The notes beneath the pieces are model-generated. The model saw only the letters and a program-made list of their open reading frames with translations, was not told where the DNA came from and did no database searches. A stretch of DNA of 64,000 bases from Macrostomum lignano (Eukaryota). The stretch is taken from contig NIVC01002848.1 in NCBI GenBank assembly GCA_002269645.1, positions 62,001 to 126,000 of the forward strand, given 5' to 3'. Positions 1-12,618 of this stretch are shown one piece after another. A program made the position numbers and the translations under genes. How positions within the stretch are numbered: the stretch's first letter is position 1; the number at the start of each line of letters is the position of its first letter.

Positions 1-1147
1 CTAAAGAAGAAAAGCTCCCATGCAGGATTGATCAAGACGAGAGTAAATCTCGCGCAAAGAATGTACGCCTATGACTTTTCACATTTCATTTCACGCCTAA
101 AAGGATGCTCCTTTAATCAGATGGCCGTGTAAATCGAGTCTTTAGGGTATATCTTCAAAATATGTTTGCATGTAGTTCAGTATAAGCTATAAAAAGTGAT
201 TTCGAGGAAGGAATTAGAAACGAGTACACAGTAAACTAGCTATCCATCCATTAAATGCCATACACTGTCATATTTCGTCACAAAAACACTGCATAACAAT
301 CGAGCATGATGCGATGGAATTTGATGAATTCCATATCGCTGAATGGCAATTAACTTCTCGCGTCGCTTTTGAACAGTCGGAAAAAACCCCAACTGTAACG
401 ACAGATTTGCATAGAAATCGATATTTTACGATGGCAGTTTACATATTTATTGACACACGTGGAGTCTAAAATAGGACTATTTTACTGCTTACAGCCGTTC
501 CTGGATCGTACCAGTTATAAATGAAAGAAAATATCCGTGATGCAACGCACTATATAGAAGCATCAAAGAAGCAAAATTCATAATTCATCTGGAGTCTTTT
601 TTGTAAAACCTGATATTTGCAAACTATGCTACTATTATGAGAACCTATAGATATACATCTAGATGAAGACAGATATAATTTAAAGTTTAATCATCTGCAG
701 AGGGCCTGAGCCTATCTACACATGCATGGTCAAAACTCGATTAGCTACGGTACGATACAGCGCCTTACCTCCATGGGTGCGCTCAGCTGGCGTACTAACC
801 GCAGTGAAGTTAGTCTACATTTGAATTGTTTAGCTACTACACTAGCTACAATGCGGTATTTCGTGTTTAGTAGACAAAATGAAAATCAACTAGCTTATGG
901 CTGCAATGCTATGACAACTGTAATTTCAGAATCAATCTTTTTTAATTAAAGAATCCTTGATGCTGTTAGCTCGTACAATTAGGCTATAGCTAAACCTCTC
1001 GTTTGTGGTCATAAAAACGTGCGTGAATTTACAATTACAGGACTTCTGTGTATTCAAGTTACACGAAGTTTCTGGCGCCTATAGCAATTTGATTGCCTAC
1101 AAACAAAAGCGAAAGGAAATTAAAATTGCCTACACTATCTATGAAGC

Positions 1148-1353
1148 TGTGGTTATGATTTTAAGTTTAAAGAGAGACTTTAAGAGAGAGAGAGAGAGAA
1201 ACAGCCTCAAATAATTGTATGCTCTGTGTGACCGATTAAAATGCGTACATTAAAACAGAAAACCAAGCATATTGGATGCACGTCGCATGTACGTCGTATA
1301 TACATGTAGTAAAAATCAATTGTGATGCAAGCACTAGACAGCAGGCGCCTACA
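1148..1353 (-). mobile_element. Putative 3' LTR of the gypsy element
   Basis: On the minus strand a purine tract (GGGGAGAAT) is followed by TGTAGGCGCC..., and the unit ends ...ATAACCACA (TGT...ACA termini). It lies just downstream of the integrase tail. No matching 5' LTR was found near 6.8-7.1 kb. Confidence 0.4.
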
Positions 1354-1975
1354 ATTCTCCCCAACCAGAGAGATCCCCAGGGGATAAAAAACAAGTTCAG
1401 TTACTCAGTTATCAGCTCAAATACCCCAGAGCAATCAAAATGGCCCGTCCGCGCACGAAACCCCTAGGATCACAATTTGTAGCTGAGCACTCTGTTACTG
1501 GCAGCTCTTGGATGTTCTCGCGTGGCGATGCTACCGCTGGGTAGGCCGGCGGGCTCTCCGGCAGGTTGGCCAGCGGGCTCTCCGGCAGGTTGGCCAGCGG
1601 GCTCTCCGGCAGGTTGGCCAGCGGGCTCTCCGGCAGGTTGGCCAGCGGGCTCTCCGGCAGGTTGGCCAGCGGGCTCTCCGGCAGGTTGGCCAGCGGGCTT
1701 TCCGGCAGGGTCGCCGGCGGGCTCTCCGGCAGGTTGGCCAGCGGGCTTTCCGGCAGGGTCGCCGGCGGGCTCTCCGGCAGGTTGGCCGGTGGCTCTCCGG
1801 CAGGTTGGCCGGTGGCTCTCCGGCAGGTTGGCCGGTGGCTCTCCGGCAGGTTGGCCGGCCGGTGCAGCAGCAGCAGGTTCAACCAGGGGCCGCAGCTGTG
1901 AGAGGTGCCGCATGCAAGACTGTTCGCCACCACCTTCGTCACCTTCGCCACCACCACCGTTGTCGTTGACCACCT
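1354..1975 (-). mobile_element. Gypsy element 3' part (integrase remnant and tail)
   Basis: Resumes after the LINE with VVNDNG (second catalytic Asp context), then jumps to CMRHLSQLRP (RH..QLRP motif of the gypsy integrase C-terminus) and a low-complexity tail. Confidence 0.7.
1546..1862. repeat. 24-bp GC-rich tandem repeat in the gypsy tail
   Basis: Unit GGGCTCTCCGGCAGGTTGGCCAGC and variants; explains the overlapping repetitive ORFs at 1412-2130. Confidence 0.95.
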
Positions 1976-3897
1976 TCTTCTTCTTCTTCCATTCGGGCGC
2001 GCTCGGGGCAGGGCCCATGGCACCGGGCGTCAGATGGCGCCCGCCTTCCGAGGAAGTTCAACACCGCGGTGCAGTACTCGAAAACTGCCGCGGGCTCCGG
2101 GCTTGGCCCCAAGAGGCGGCAGCGGTGTAATGTCAGGGCGGGGCAGGAGATCAGCAGATGGGCCGCCGTCTCCTCTCCATCGCCACAAAAGCGGCAGGTG
2201 GGGGCCACCTCAACGCCGATGGCGGCCTGGAAGCCCCGCAGGGCCGGGCTGGCAAATCAGCCGCTCCTGCCGCCGCGTGAGGTCGCTCGTCGGCGGAGGC
2301 GGCAGGCGGCCCGCCGTGCAGGCAAAGTGTCAGGTCAGGCTAGCGAGCTCGTGCTCGCCGCCTCGGTGGCCGCCGCGTTGTAGATCTAGTGTCAGCGGGC
2401 GAGGCAGTGGCGGCGGACGGCACCCTGCGCAGCAGCCAACGCGACAGCTCTGCAGGGTCTGCGGCCGCGAGCACCCACCGGAGGGCCTCAGCGATGGCCA
2501 CTAGCTCGGCGTGGAAACTGGACGTCACGTGGCCAGCGTGATGTTATGCTCGACCAGGACGCCGCTGCCGCCGTCCAGGACGCCGTCCTTCGCCGCTCCG
2601 TCGGTCCAGAGCACGGTGCGGGCGGGCGGCAGGGCGGCGAGCGTCTGCTCCGCCGCAGCTCTCCGGGCCTCCGGCAGGTTCCCCCGCGAGGTTGGGGACT
2701 GTAGCCCGAAGGTGACGGAGTCCAGGTCAGCCCAGGGAGGTGTCGTCGGGACAGCGTGGACGGGCTCTCGCGAGTAGCCGCCTAGGCCCGCAGCGCTGCA
2801 GACGCTGCAGACGCTGGCCGCCGTCTCGCGCTAGCCGCGGGCACTTTGGATGCGGCGCACTTTTTCGGCGCCAGCTCCATCCGCCACTCGCTCGCCCAGT
2901 CGGAGACCGCGTCGATCGCAGCCTGCGCCTTCGTCTCGGCCTCCTCCACGGTCAGGCCTTGCACTGCGATGCACTGCCTTGCAGTCGGACGGAAGGTGGT
3001 CAGGCAGGTCGTTGATGTACAGCGCAAAGAGCAGAGGGGCAAGGACACTCCCCTGTGGCAGGCCCTCGCGGAAGAGCCGCCAGCTGCTCACAGCGCGCCG
3101 TCCACCCTGACGGCAGCACGGCGATCGGCCAGGAAGCTGCTGAGCCAGCGGACCCTGGCCGCTGGGATGCCGGCGTTGTGCAGCTTGTGGAGCAAGCCCT
3201 GCTTCCAGACAGGTCGCCCAGGATCACCGTGTTGGCGCCGGACGGGAGGTGCTGGGGGCTGAAGCGCTGCACGCGGTCGTCTCCTTCGGCCGTTCTGATC
3301 GGCTGGATGTAGAGGCAGTGGATGTCCAGGCTCTCGACGCTCTTTCAGACGGGAAACCCGGACGCCGGCCCACTCCGTGGTGACATCATCGGGGGCGCAG
3401 GGTCCCTCCTACAGCACCTCGAAGCGCAGCTTCTCGCGGATGAGGATTGCAACGCCTCCTCCGCGCGTGGGGCCGCCGGAGCGCCGGCACTCGGTGGCGC
3501 CAGATCGCGTTGAACCCCGGCAGGCGCGGATCCCGTCCCTCGGTGGTGTGGGTATCTTGCAGACACGCCACCTCGACGCGCAGGTCCAGCAGTTCGAGCA
3601 TCTTCCTTCTGCGTTGAGTTGCAGGAGGTGCAGGCCACTGGGGGGCCGCGCGCGCGGACCGCCGGGTCGGGGGGCGCCTCGCGCCGCCGGGGGCCCGCCG
3701 TTGAGGCTCGGCGGGCTGGTTCAGGCGTCGGCTAGGCATTTCATCGGTAGGGTGGACGCCAGATGCCAATTGGGCGGCGAAGAGACTGCGTTGCGGTGCT
3801 GGGCCTCGGGAAGGGCCTGTTGCTGGCCTGCATTTCGTAGGCCTTGCGGGTCCTCCGGAGGGCACCTCGGGTAGGCGCAGGCCGTTGCTCTCCCGGA
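1976..3897 (-). mobile_element. Non-LTR retrotransposon (I-group, Ingi-like), internally deleted, both ends intact
   Basis: APE endonuclease remnants (GLHLLQLNA, VACLQDTH); RT (LPQGSVLAPLLFALYINDLP; W...WRMELAPKKC); RNase H (SSFHAELVAIAEAL); C-terminal CRFCGDGEETAAHLLISC; (GAA)n 3' tail at about 1976-1989; identical 8-bp TSD GACCACCT (+ strand) at 1968-1975 and 3898-3905. Confidence 0.9.
3825..3893 (-). ncRNA. HDV-like self-cleaving ribozyme at the LINE 5' end
   Basis: Minus-strand order matches the HDV fold: P1 GGAGAGC / AAC / P2 GGCCUGC / P3 GCC / L3 UACCCGA / P3' GGU / P1' GCCCUCC / GG / P4 AGGACCCGCAAGGCCU / J4/2 ACGAAAU / P2' GCAGGCC. Confidence 0.8.
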
Positions 3898-6790
3898 GAC
3901 CACCTCGATCGGGACGCCGTATCTGCCGAACAGCCTCCGCAGGAGGGGGATCACGCTCTCCGCCGTCGTAGAGTTGAGGAAATTGACTTCTGGGTACTTG
4001 GGATACAAGTTGGTGGTGACCAGCAGCATCTGGCCCTTGCAATGGGCCGTAGAAATCCATGCCTAGCAGCAGCCAGGCACCGTTCGGAATATCCGTTGGC
4101 GTCAGTGGTGTCTGTCGCAATCCGGTGGCCGCAGCCTGGCACAGTGTGCAGCAGTGGACGAATAGCTCGGAGTCGCTGCACATCCGAAGCCACCACACCT
4201 TCGTCTGCAGGCATTTAAAGGTGCAGTCGGCGCCTAAGATGACCGGTGTGCTCCAGTTGAAAGATCGGCCTGTGCAGCGACTCGAAGATGATGATGAGGT
4301 CGCCGCGGAGTAACACTCCGTCGCTTTCCGACAGCTCGCCGCTGATGGACTTGAAGGAGCGCTGGGCTGCCGCTCGCGTATCCCAGCGGCCGGTTCGAAT
4401 TGCGTTCATCGCCGGTGCGCGATGCTTCCGGAACCTGGTCGAGACTGAAGCCTTTCGGCACGGCCCCGGTCGACACGGGGTTGGCGAAGGCGGCGTCGAG
4501 CTCTTCACCGACATTCTGGACGCCGTTCTCGCAGTGGCTGCCGACTCAGCAGGTCAGCCTGGTTGGTCGAGCCTGGCCGGTAGAGCAGGTTGAAGCGGAG
4601 ATGCTGAATGCGCAGCGCCATTCGCTCGATCCGCGGTGGCGGACGGGAGCCAGGCTTAAAAAGCGGCACGAGCTGTCGGTGGTCCGTCACCACGGTGAAG
4701 TCTGGGTCGCCAGCCAGATAGTGCTCAAACTTGAGATACCCAAATTTGATGGCAAGAGCCTCCCGCTCGATCTGCGCGTACCGCTGCCCCACCGGCGAGA
4801 GGGCTCTGCTGGCGTAGGCAAAAGGTCGGCAGCTACCGTCCGGCTGTCACTGTGAGAGGATGGCGCCGACGCCGATCGGAGATGCGTCCACCAGGAGCTC
4901 CATGTGCTGCCTGCGGTCGAAAAAGGCTAGCGTGTCCGCGTCTGAGATCGCCTTCTTGATGCCGTCAAGCGCCGCAGTGTGTTTTTCTGTCCACTCCCAG
5001 GCCTGGCCCTTCTTCGTCAGCTGCCGGAGTGGGGTGGCGAGGACAGCGAAGCTCGGTATGAACTTTGCCAGGAAGTTCGCGGTTCCCAGGAAAGAGCGGA
5101 CGTCGGCCACGTTGGCGGGCTGTCGGAAGTTCTGCATGGCGTCAATTTTCTCGGCGGCCGGCTGCATGACCCGGGCGGTCAGGCGCATTCCGAGAAACTC
5201 GACAGTAGACGTGGCGAACCTACACTTGTCCTGATTGAGGGTGATACCGACCTCTCGGAGGTGCTGAAGGCAGGCGTCCAGCCTCTCATGGTGCTGCTTC
5301 ATGTCGGAGGCGTAACCCATCCCGTCATCGTGCGCCCACCGGACGCCGTCAATGCCGCTGAAGATGCCAAGCGTGACTCGTTGAAGGATTTTCGAGGCAT
5401 TTGTGAACCCCATACTGAGCCTCTTGAGCCGCATCAGTCCGAGGGGCGTGCTGAAGGTGAAGAGGTGACGGCTGCTCTCGTGAACTGGGATCTAATAAAA
5501 GGCCTTCCGGATATCGAGTTTGCTGAACAGCTTGGCGTCGGCCATTTCCTCGGTGATTTCATCCAGCGTGGGGATTTGCTTCTTCTCTGGGATGACGACA
5601 GTGTTGAGATCGCGGAGGTCCTGGTATATATTCTGACGCCACCGTCACCCTTGGGCACCACCACCATGTGTGACACCCGGGCGCTAGGACTTTTGACTGC
5701 CTCGATGCTGCCCTGCTTCTCCTAAGCCTTGAGCTCCTTCACTACGACCTCTTTCAGGTGCGCCGCCACACGTGAGGGCTCCTGGAAGACAGGAACAGCA
5801 TCCTTGGACAGCTGGACCTGGACCTCTACACCCTTGATGCAGCCGATGCCGTTGGAGACTTATTTGTGCCTCTTCAGGATGGCCTTGAGCTGCGGGACAC
5901 TATACTGCTTGAAGGGTATGCTGTCGACGATGGCATTCTTGTTTTGCGGCTTGATAGCTTCAGGTCACTGGATCTTCAGCACTCCTAGCTTGAATGCGGG
6001 CTGGCGCCCAAGTATCGTCAGCCCGTCGCCGTCCATGATGTGGAAGGTCGCTGTTGTTTTGGCAGCTGTGAGAGGTGTCGGAAACTCATTATGCTGCAGC
6101 TGGCTCCGCTGTCAATCATTATAGGAAGCTGCCGGTTTGCCACCTGCACAGTCAGCGAGACGTCGGATGGTTATTTGTCGTGGTTGTACAGCGCGAACAC
6201 GTCCGCGTTGACGGAGCTGTCGGCAGCTGTGAAGACAGCATTGGTGCAGATTCGCTGTTGTGGGGTCCGGCTGCTGTTTGACTGCCGAGGCTGACGGCAG
6301 GCAAAGCGAGGTGGTTGTACTTGCCACAGTTGTGGCAGATCTTGCCTTTTGCTGCGTCGCAGGTGGTGTGGCCTTTCTCGCCGCAGCGGTAGCAGGTTGC
6401 GCTGCTGCTGGTTGCTAGGCCATCTGCTGGTCATCTGAGCCGGGCCAAGCCTGTCTGTCTACCTTGTCGCCCTTGGCAACGCTGGCCACCTGCGAGTCTG
6501 CCTTCTCCATCTCGGTGGCTTGTTCCTCCGCCTGATGTTTGCCTCCTGCGCAGCTTGTCAGAGCTGCAGGTTGCCACGAGCTGGTCTCTGATGAGCGAGT
6601 CCTTCAGCTGCTCAAAGTCGCACGGCTCTGCCCAGTGCGCAGTCTGGCGTACCAGTACTCGAAGGACTCTCCAGTGGCCTGTGTGCATAGGCGGAACTGA
6701 TAACTGGCGAATACTATTCTTTCTTCTGTCTTCAAAGCGTCCAGGCGTCTACCTGAAGGTGACTTGGCCGTCCTAGCTGTGCTCGCTGCA
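3898..6790 (-). mobile_element. Ty3/gypsy LTR retrotransposon, degenerate gag-pol
   Basis: Gag (LKDSLIRDQLV; zinc knuckle CHNCGKYNH at about 6310-6345); protease (MIDSGASCS at about 6100-6125); RT (MGFTNAS...WAHDD, CRFATSTVEFLG); RNase H (LVDASPIGVGAIL, YAQIEREALAI, FTVVTDHRQL); integrase (HCCTLCQ, MDFYGP, FGRYGVPIEVV). Many frameshifts and small deletions. Confidence 0.92.
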
Positions 6791-7352
6791 GGCTTGGCAT
6801 CCTCGCGTATGATATCGGCGATTTACTTGCCTGCTGTGTAGCTACATGTACATGTAAGTACAGTGAGACAAAGTTGGCTGCCATAATTTGTTTACTGATC
6901 GGTAGGTGGCTTGCGACGCCACGGTAGAAAGCGAAGCCGAGAGAGAGATCGTATGTTGTGTGTAGCCGAAAAAGCTTACGGGGGATCGGAATTGTTGAGA
7001 TGGCAAGACTTGGGGAGGATTGCTTAACTTACTGAGGTAAGATGCTACATGTAGTTTATTTCATTTTTGATTACATTCTTTATAATAAGAATAAGTACGC
7101 TCCCCAACAGGCCGGGCGTAAATTGCTAGTGCATTCATATCTAGTCAGCAACGTGGATATACGCCGTGAATATTTTCGATTCGTTTTCCCCTTATTCTTT
7201 GTTCCAGCTCTCCCGAGTTTGGACTCATTTTTTATCAGCTTTTTGCTAGCTTTCAGTCAATGCAGTAATCAATTTTTTGTTAGCCATTTCTCCAAAGCTG
7301 CTGAGGGTCGTTTGTAGGTGTCTGCCTGACGGATTGGTGCGTGTAAAGTGCA

Positions 7353-10300
7353 GCCCCAGTGGCAAAGCCGAGCTCGGCCCGAGCTCGGTCCGCCGAGATC
7401 GGGCCGAGCTCGGCGGGTTGACGGCGGTTCTAGCTCGGGCCGACGACCTCGGGCCGAGGTCGGCTGACCGCGGTAATGCCGAGTAGCTTTGCACTATACT
7501 TTCTATTTAGCTTATTATAAAGCTTATATTGCTTCTTGCAGATTGACTACATGTAGGTGCCACTTTCACTTTCTATATAATTTTACTGTACATGTACAAT
7601 TCGGTATTACATGAAAAAGAAAAGGTGAATGGGAAAACGACATGACACGAATTGAAACCATCGAGTTAAAGATCCCATGTCATTCCTAGCATGTTAGTGC
7701 ATTGCAGTGGTAATGTACGCTCGTATATGAGCCTAGTTATGGTGAGCCTTTAGTATAACTAGTTAATTGATTTCCCCTCGGAATTAGATACATATCCACC
7801 AGACTCAGTTCTCTGACCCAACAAATATACAACCAACAGCCATGTTCAGGATTAAATGATTGTGAAATAAGACAACGATTTAGAAGTTAAAATAATTGAA
7901 TTAAAAGAACACCGCAACAGTAAATCCACCACAAGCACACTAGTGTATTATCAAATGCTAATAATGATACAAGATTAACTTTTCAACCAATAAGCAAGAA
8001 AACAAAGAGAAAAAGTAGCTAAACAGCTGAAAACAGAGGTTGAGTTAAGGGTTGCGATACGGATTTGGTTGAGCATTTATTAACATTATAAACTGTAAAG
8101 ACTTCACTTTAGATTGTAGAACGAGACGCTTGATACGAGGAAAGCGACTGCAATTTATATTGTAAATATTGAGCACGATACATTGGGTGTAAGAGGCTTA
8201 AGGGTGGAGAGCAAGAGCGGCCAGAATGCAGAGCGCACATAAGAATGTACAGCGAAATATCGCAGAAGGGAGTACGCAGCGAAACTGGTAAAACACCACC
8301 TCAAAACACGGAGTAAAAACAAGCTAACAAAACAAACAACAATTCGCCCAGCCAAGTCACCACACTCCTCCCCACAAAGATTAAGCGTTAGATAAAAACG
8401 GGAATAAAAGACGCAAATCAGTTTACAGTCCATAGAGGAACAGTCCATAGTCACTGGTAGCGCAGCCGGTCAGCTTAAGCTCTTGCCCTGGTCGAACGTC
8501 AAAGTGGCGCCGCAGAGCTCAACTCTGGCGCCTGGCCAGGCGTCTCCGCAGGGGCCTCTGGTTGATCGTCAGACACCTCGGCACATAGCGGTTGCTCAAC
8601 TTTGGAAGGCGCTGCAGGCACTTGATTGGTGTGCCGATGGACCTCTCGACCATCGTCAAACTGGCAAGAGACACAGCCCTGGAGCAGTCGGTCAGAACAG
8701 CAGGCTTCCAGCTGCCATCAGCAGCAAAGTCCCTCGCAACGACTGCGTTGCCCATCTCAATGTGGTGGTCATGGGCATGGGTGTCGTGCTGCTGCTTCTG
8801 GATCGCTTGTGGGTAGCCTTAGAATCTCGCCCCATTTTCTCAAAGTGTTGTATCTAGAACATCAAGGGGGTTAGAATTGAAGCCATATGATGAAAAAGTA
8901 AAAAAATTGGAATCAAGTACATAAATGGAAAACACAAAACTGATACCCAAATCTGGCCTGCAGTGCAAAACTGATGCCAAATATGGCATAGGGCCCTAGT
9001 ATATAAAAATAGCATCAATATCTAGTCTATGGTGCAAAAATAAAGTAAAAACCTATAATAGTAAAATAAGTATACTATAGTTGTACTAAAAAGTCATTAG
9101 AAAAACAATATAGTATAATATGAATACTATGAATCTATTCAAAAGAGAAAAAAATTGGCATATACAGCAAAATTACATTAAATTGCCTGCCATAAAATGC
9201 ACAATTGGCATTATATCCTGGCCCATAGTACATAAACAATGTCTTAAATTAACTGATAGTATGTAATTCATGATGGCATTGCCATAGACAAATAAAAAAA
9301 TAAGAAGCTAGACCTAATATAGTAGGGATAAAAATATCATAGGAGCCTAAAAATCTGGCTTTATTTAGGCCATTTTAGACTTTTCAAATCACAGGATTTA
9401 TGACCTAAGCTAGATATCATTCCTACAGTTAAGTTATGGTAACTCCTATTGCAATCCTATACTTTTCAACATTTTATCATGAAAATATGCTTTTTGTAGA
9501 TAAATTGTTTAGTAAAATTTCCATTTAAGAATCTTGAGCTAAGTCCAGGATTTGGGACGCGACAAGAAATTCTTCTCCTCGGATTTATTCACTTTTAACT
9601 CCTAGATAACTATTTGATGGCCATTCTGAAAATAGCTGGTGAATTGCCATCGTAATATGTCTAATTATCATTAATGAAAACATATTTCATACGCCTATTC
9701 ATAAATTGTAAGCAAATCTTCATTAAACCCAAAAAAGCAAGTTTACATTGCATTACAGTGTAGCTATAGTTCAATTAGTTACGGCTTAACTGTAAGACTA
9801 AGTATGTCTCTGGAATTTTTGCCGAAACATCTAAATGCTTCCAAAGAACGTGTAATAAAAATAAAAACTAAGAAGCTAAATGAATTGCCACGTTAAAAAG
9901 AGCTAGACACTGTTTACAATTGACTTGACCTGCACGGGAGCAATATATTCAAATGAATGGCAAAAAATGAGCAATAATTACGCCTTAAGTAAATTCTAAA
10001 GCAGTTAATTATTTATTTATATTTTTACTAACGAAGCTATGTTCTTTTATCTGGTAAATTACTCATATATATAATTGTTAAAATCCAGTACTTCGAATTT
10101 TCCGTACCTATAACGCATGCACTTCATGGTCGTCTCGAAGGAGAATAAATCCATAAAAGTCAAATCACCTACTCAACGAGGAAACTAATTCAGTAAAAAC
10201 ACAATTAGTATGTGTAAAAAGCACATTACACCACTTTGGTGGATCAAAAGTGCTGTATGATTGCGTTGTTTTTGTTTATTGCAAAAGAGTCACTTTTTCA

Positions 10301-10532
10301 GTGTAAATTATTCATCTATATTTATGCGGGGTTTTTTTAATCATATTGAATTCATTAGCGTAGGTAAATTCTGCTTAATTGATTAAAACTTTTAATCGGT
10401 TAACGGCGCGGCACCCCGAGGTTCTACCGAGTTCGGGCCGACGTCGGCTGGCCGACTTTAGTATGGCCGATCGAATGCCGAGTGGCCGACGTCGGCCCGA
10501 GCTCGGACCGAGCTCGGCTTTGCCACTGGGGC
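7353..10532. mobile_element. Inverted-repeat pair, probable DNA transposon ends (Harbinger-like, uncertain)
   Basis: GCCCCAGTGGCAAAGCCGAGCTCGG at 7353 and its reverse complement ending at 10532; both ends carry subterminal CCGAGCTCGG palindromes. No TSD seen. Confidence 0.5.
8115..8822 (-). mobile_element. Second gypsy remnant: integrase C-terminus, PPT and 3' LTR
   Basis: Frameshifted QKQQHD...VVARDF...WKP...DDGREVHRHTNQV...L*RSTRARA*ADRLRY (typical gypsy integrase end), then PPT GGGGAGGAG immediately followed by TGTGGTGAC. The LTR runs about 8364 to 8115 and ends CTACA. Confidence 0.7.
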
Positions 10533-11074
10533 CTTCGTGCTTATTTATTTGCACCGTCTTGACTATATACCCCTTATTATCCAGGACATTGTGTGTGTCA
10601 GACGGGCGTCGATTCCGCCGGTGATTCTCGCGAATAAAGGTCGTATCCAACTATTGAAGAGCAAATGCAGGAATAGGAAGTTATACTATATATCCTGTAT
10701 ATAGCTCAACTCCATATATATATAACGTAAATGGCACCTGATTCCCCGATTCAATCAAGCAGGCGATCCTTAAGTCCAAGCCGTTGCATCGCAGCTAGTG
10801 CGGGGAGAGGCGCGTTCTTGAAATGGAAGAGACACTATATAAAGCTCGTAGTATCGTGGCTATCGAGAACAGACTCGGGTGCCGGTTTTAACGAACTGAT
10901 CACAACGCATAAGAACTATAACGATTGAATTTTACCCTTCGGCGGGCAATTCGTCTGCGGGAAATTCTCGTGCTCCCAATTTCTGTGTAGTTGGTATTGT
11001 TGTCAACGTATTGCTCCTGTCTAACAAAATCCCAACCGTTAGACACCAATTTGTTGTAGATGTTTGTTCACTCT

Positions 11075-12618
11075 TGATGGGTTCGGCCTTTTAAGCCTGT
11101 AGCTTCGGGCCTCAGAACTCAGAAATGAATCACTAAGAGCTCTGGCCTCTCACTCCTGTCAGATGGTCAGCCTCATGGTAGCTAGATTGTGGGCGAGCAG
11201 CAAGGTCCTATAGCTAGGAGAAGACAGCGAGAGACAAGCAGGGAGAATTTGAAAGGTAGAAATTAGCTAATCCGCAGATTAACTAACTCGCTGCCACCAG
11301 TCCGTGCGCCCCGGCTCACCAAACCGGAGCTATCGAAATCGGACTTCCGACTAGAGGGGCACTGCACTTACCTGCCATCTAGTGTCTTTTAGCTGTCTAA
11401 ATCTCGAAGTCATAGCCGAATAGAAGGGACGCTGCTGGGACTAAGATCGCATTGGCCATGCAGGGACAGAGAGGACTTTTGCAGGGGGTTCTTGCGCTGG
11501 CAAGCCTTCATACACTACTAAATGTACTATTTCATGACCGAATTCCCAGAAGTACATGTATAAGTACACGTAACTGCACGCTCTTGGCACTAAATGTGTT
11601 AACCCTTCGACAGATAGCGATGATGTAGATGCATTGTCACTTTCGGAGATCTTTAGACTAATATTTAACTTACTTTAGCCGCTTGACTGCCTGTGACCGC
11701 GCCAAAGCGCCAGTCTGGCTCTTAATTTGCATGCTTAACATAATGATTTCTTAGATTGACTGGTTGACTGGGAACTGTGCCGCTTCCGGTCCACCGTGAC
11801 CTCTGCCTCTAGATTTAGCCGCTCATCTCAGCTGGCATTGCGAAAAAGAAAGAAAACGCTAAGTCTTTAACTTTCAAATTTAACTTTCGCACTTAATCCG
11901 CAATCCTAAACACTTTAGATTGAGTTAGAGCAAATGGCTACTTTTAATATTAACTGACACTTCTGCCTCGAGATTGGCACACAAAAGCAAGTAAGCAAAA
12001 GTGCAAATCCTATCAGACTACCTAGGAAGGGGTCAGACAAAGGGTGCACCCAGTTAAGCAGGTCAAGAGAGCCTCTCACCAAACCAATCAGAGGACCTAT
12101 CTGCCGGTAGCCAAGGAATCCACAGAGACCGAAGCGCTCAGATGGGATGCTGCTGCTGATCTTGACTGACGATTGCCGCCGCTGCTCTTCGCTTGCCGAT
12201 AGTCGTTGCTGCTCTTAGATGACTGCCGGGAGATGTTAATGATGCCTCTCAGGGGGAACTTAGCTGTTGAAGCCGAAACTGCCGGGGAAAGGGGGATCAG
12301 GACGGCAGGACCAGAAGGGGAGGACCAGGGTCCGATCTCCAGTATGGCCGGGGAAAAGGCCAGGTAAAACCGCCAGGGGAAAACCGAGCGCGGGTCGAGT
12401 TGCCGCCTTATATAGATCTCACGCGGCCGATTTGTTATAACGCACGCCGAATTTTCCGATTGGCTGAGAGCTTTTGTTAAAATAGGCGCCGAATTTTCTG
12501 ATTGGTCGAGCCGGGGGCAGTCAGGTCGACTCTGATTGGCTGAGCTCAAGACCCCAAAACCCACCCCACCAGGTGGCCTTCAGACCCCAGGGAAGTTGAC
12601 AGGTGCGGTCATAAATCA
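11075..12618 (-). mobile_element. LTR-like repeat unit A
   Basis: Begins TGATGGGTT and ends ATAAATCA (TG...CA); alignable with unit B; on the minus strand, several CCAAT boxes lie upstream of TATATAA (about 12409-12415). No TSD found. Confidence 0.5.

Noticed and set aside
3745-3790. 2A-like peptide (SLFAAQLASGVHP) ahead of the LINE endonuclease, as in Ingi/L1Tc
   Set aside because: It lacks the D and the NPGP of the DxExNPGP consensus; at most a decayed remnant.
7246-7494. ORFs at the GC-rich palindromic ends (also 10375-10650) and in the LTR-like units (12097-12564, 15483-16004)
   Set aside because: Incidental frames in GC-rich repeat DNA with no protein motifs.
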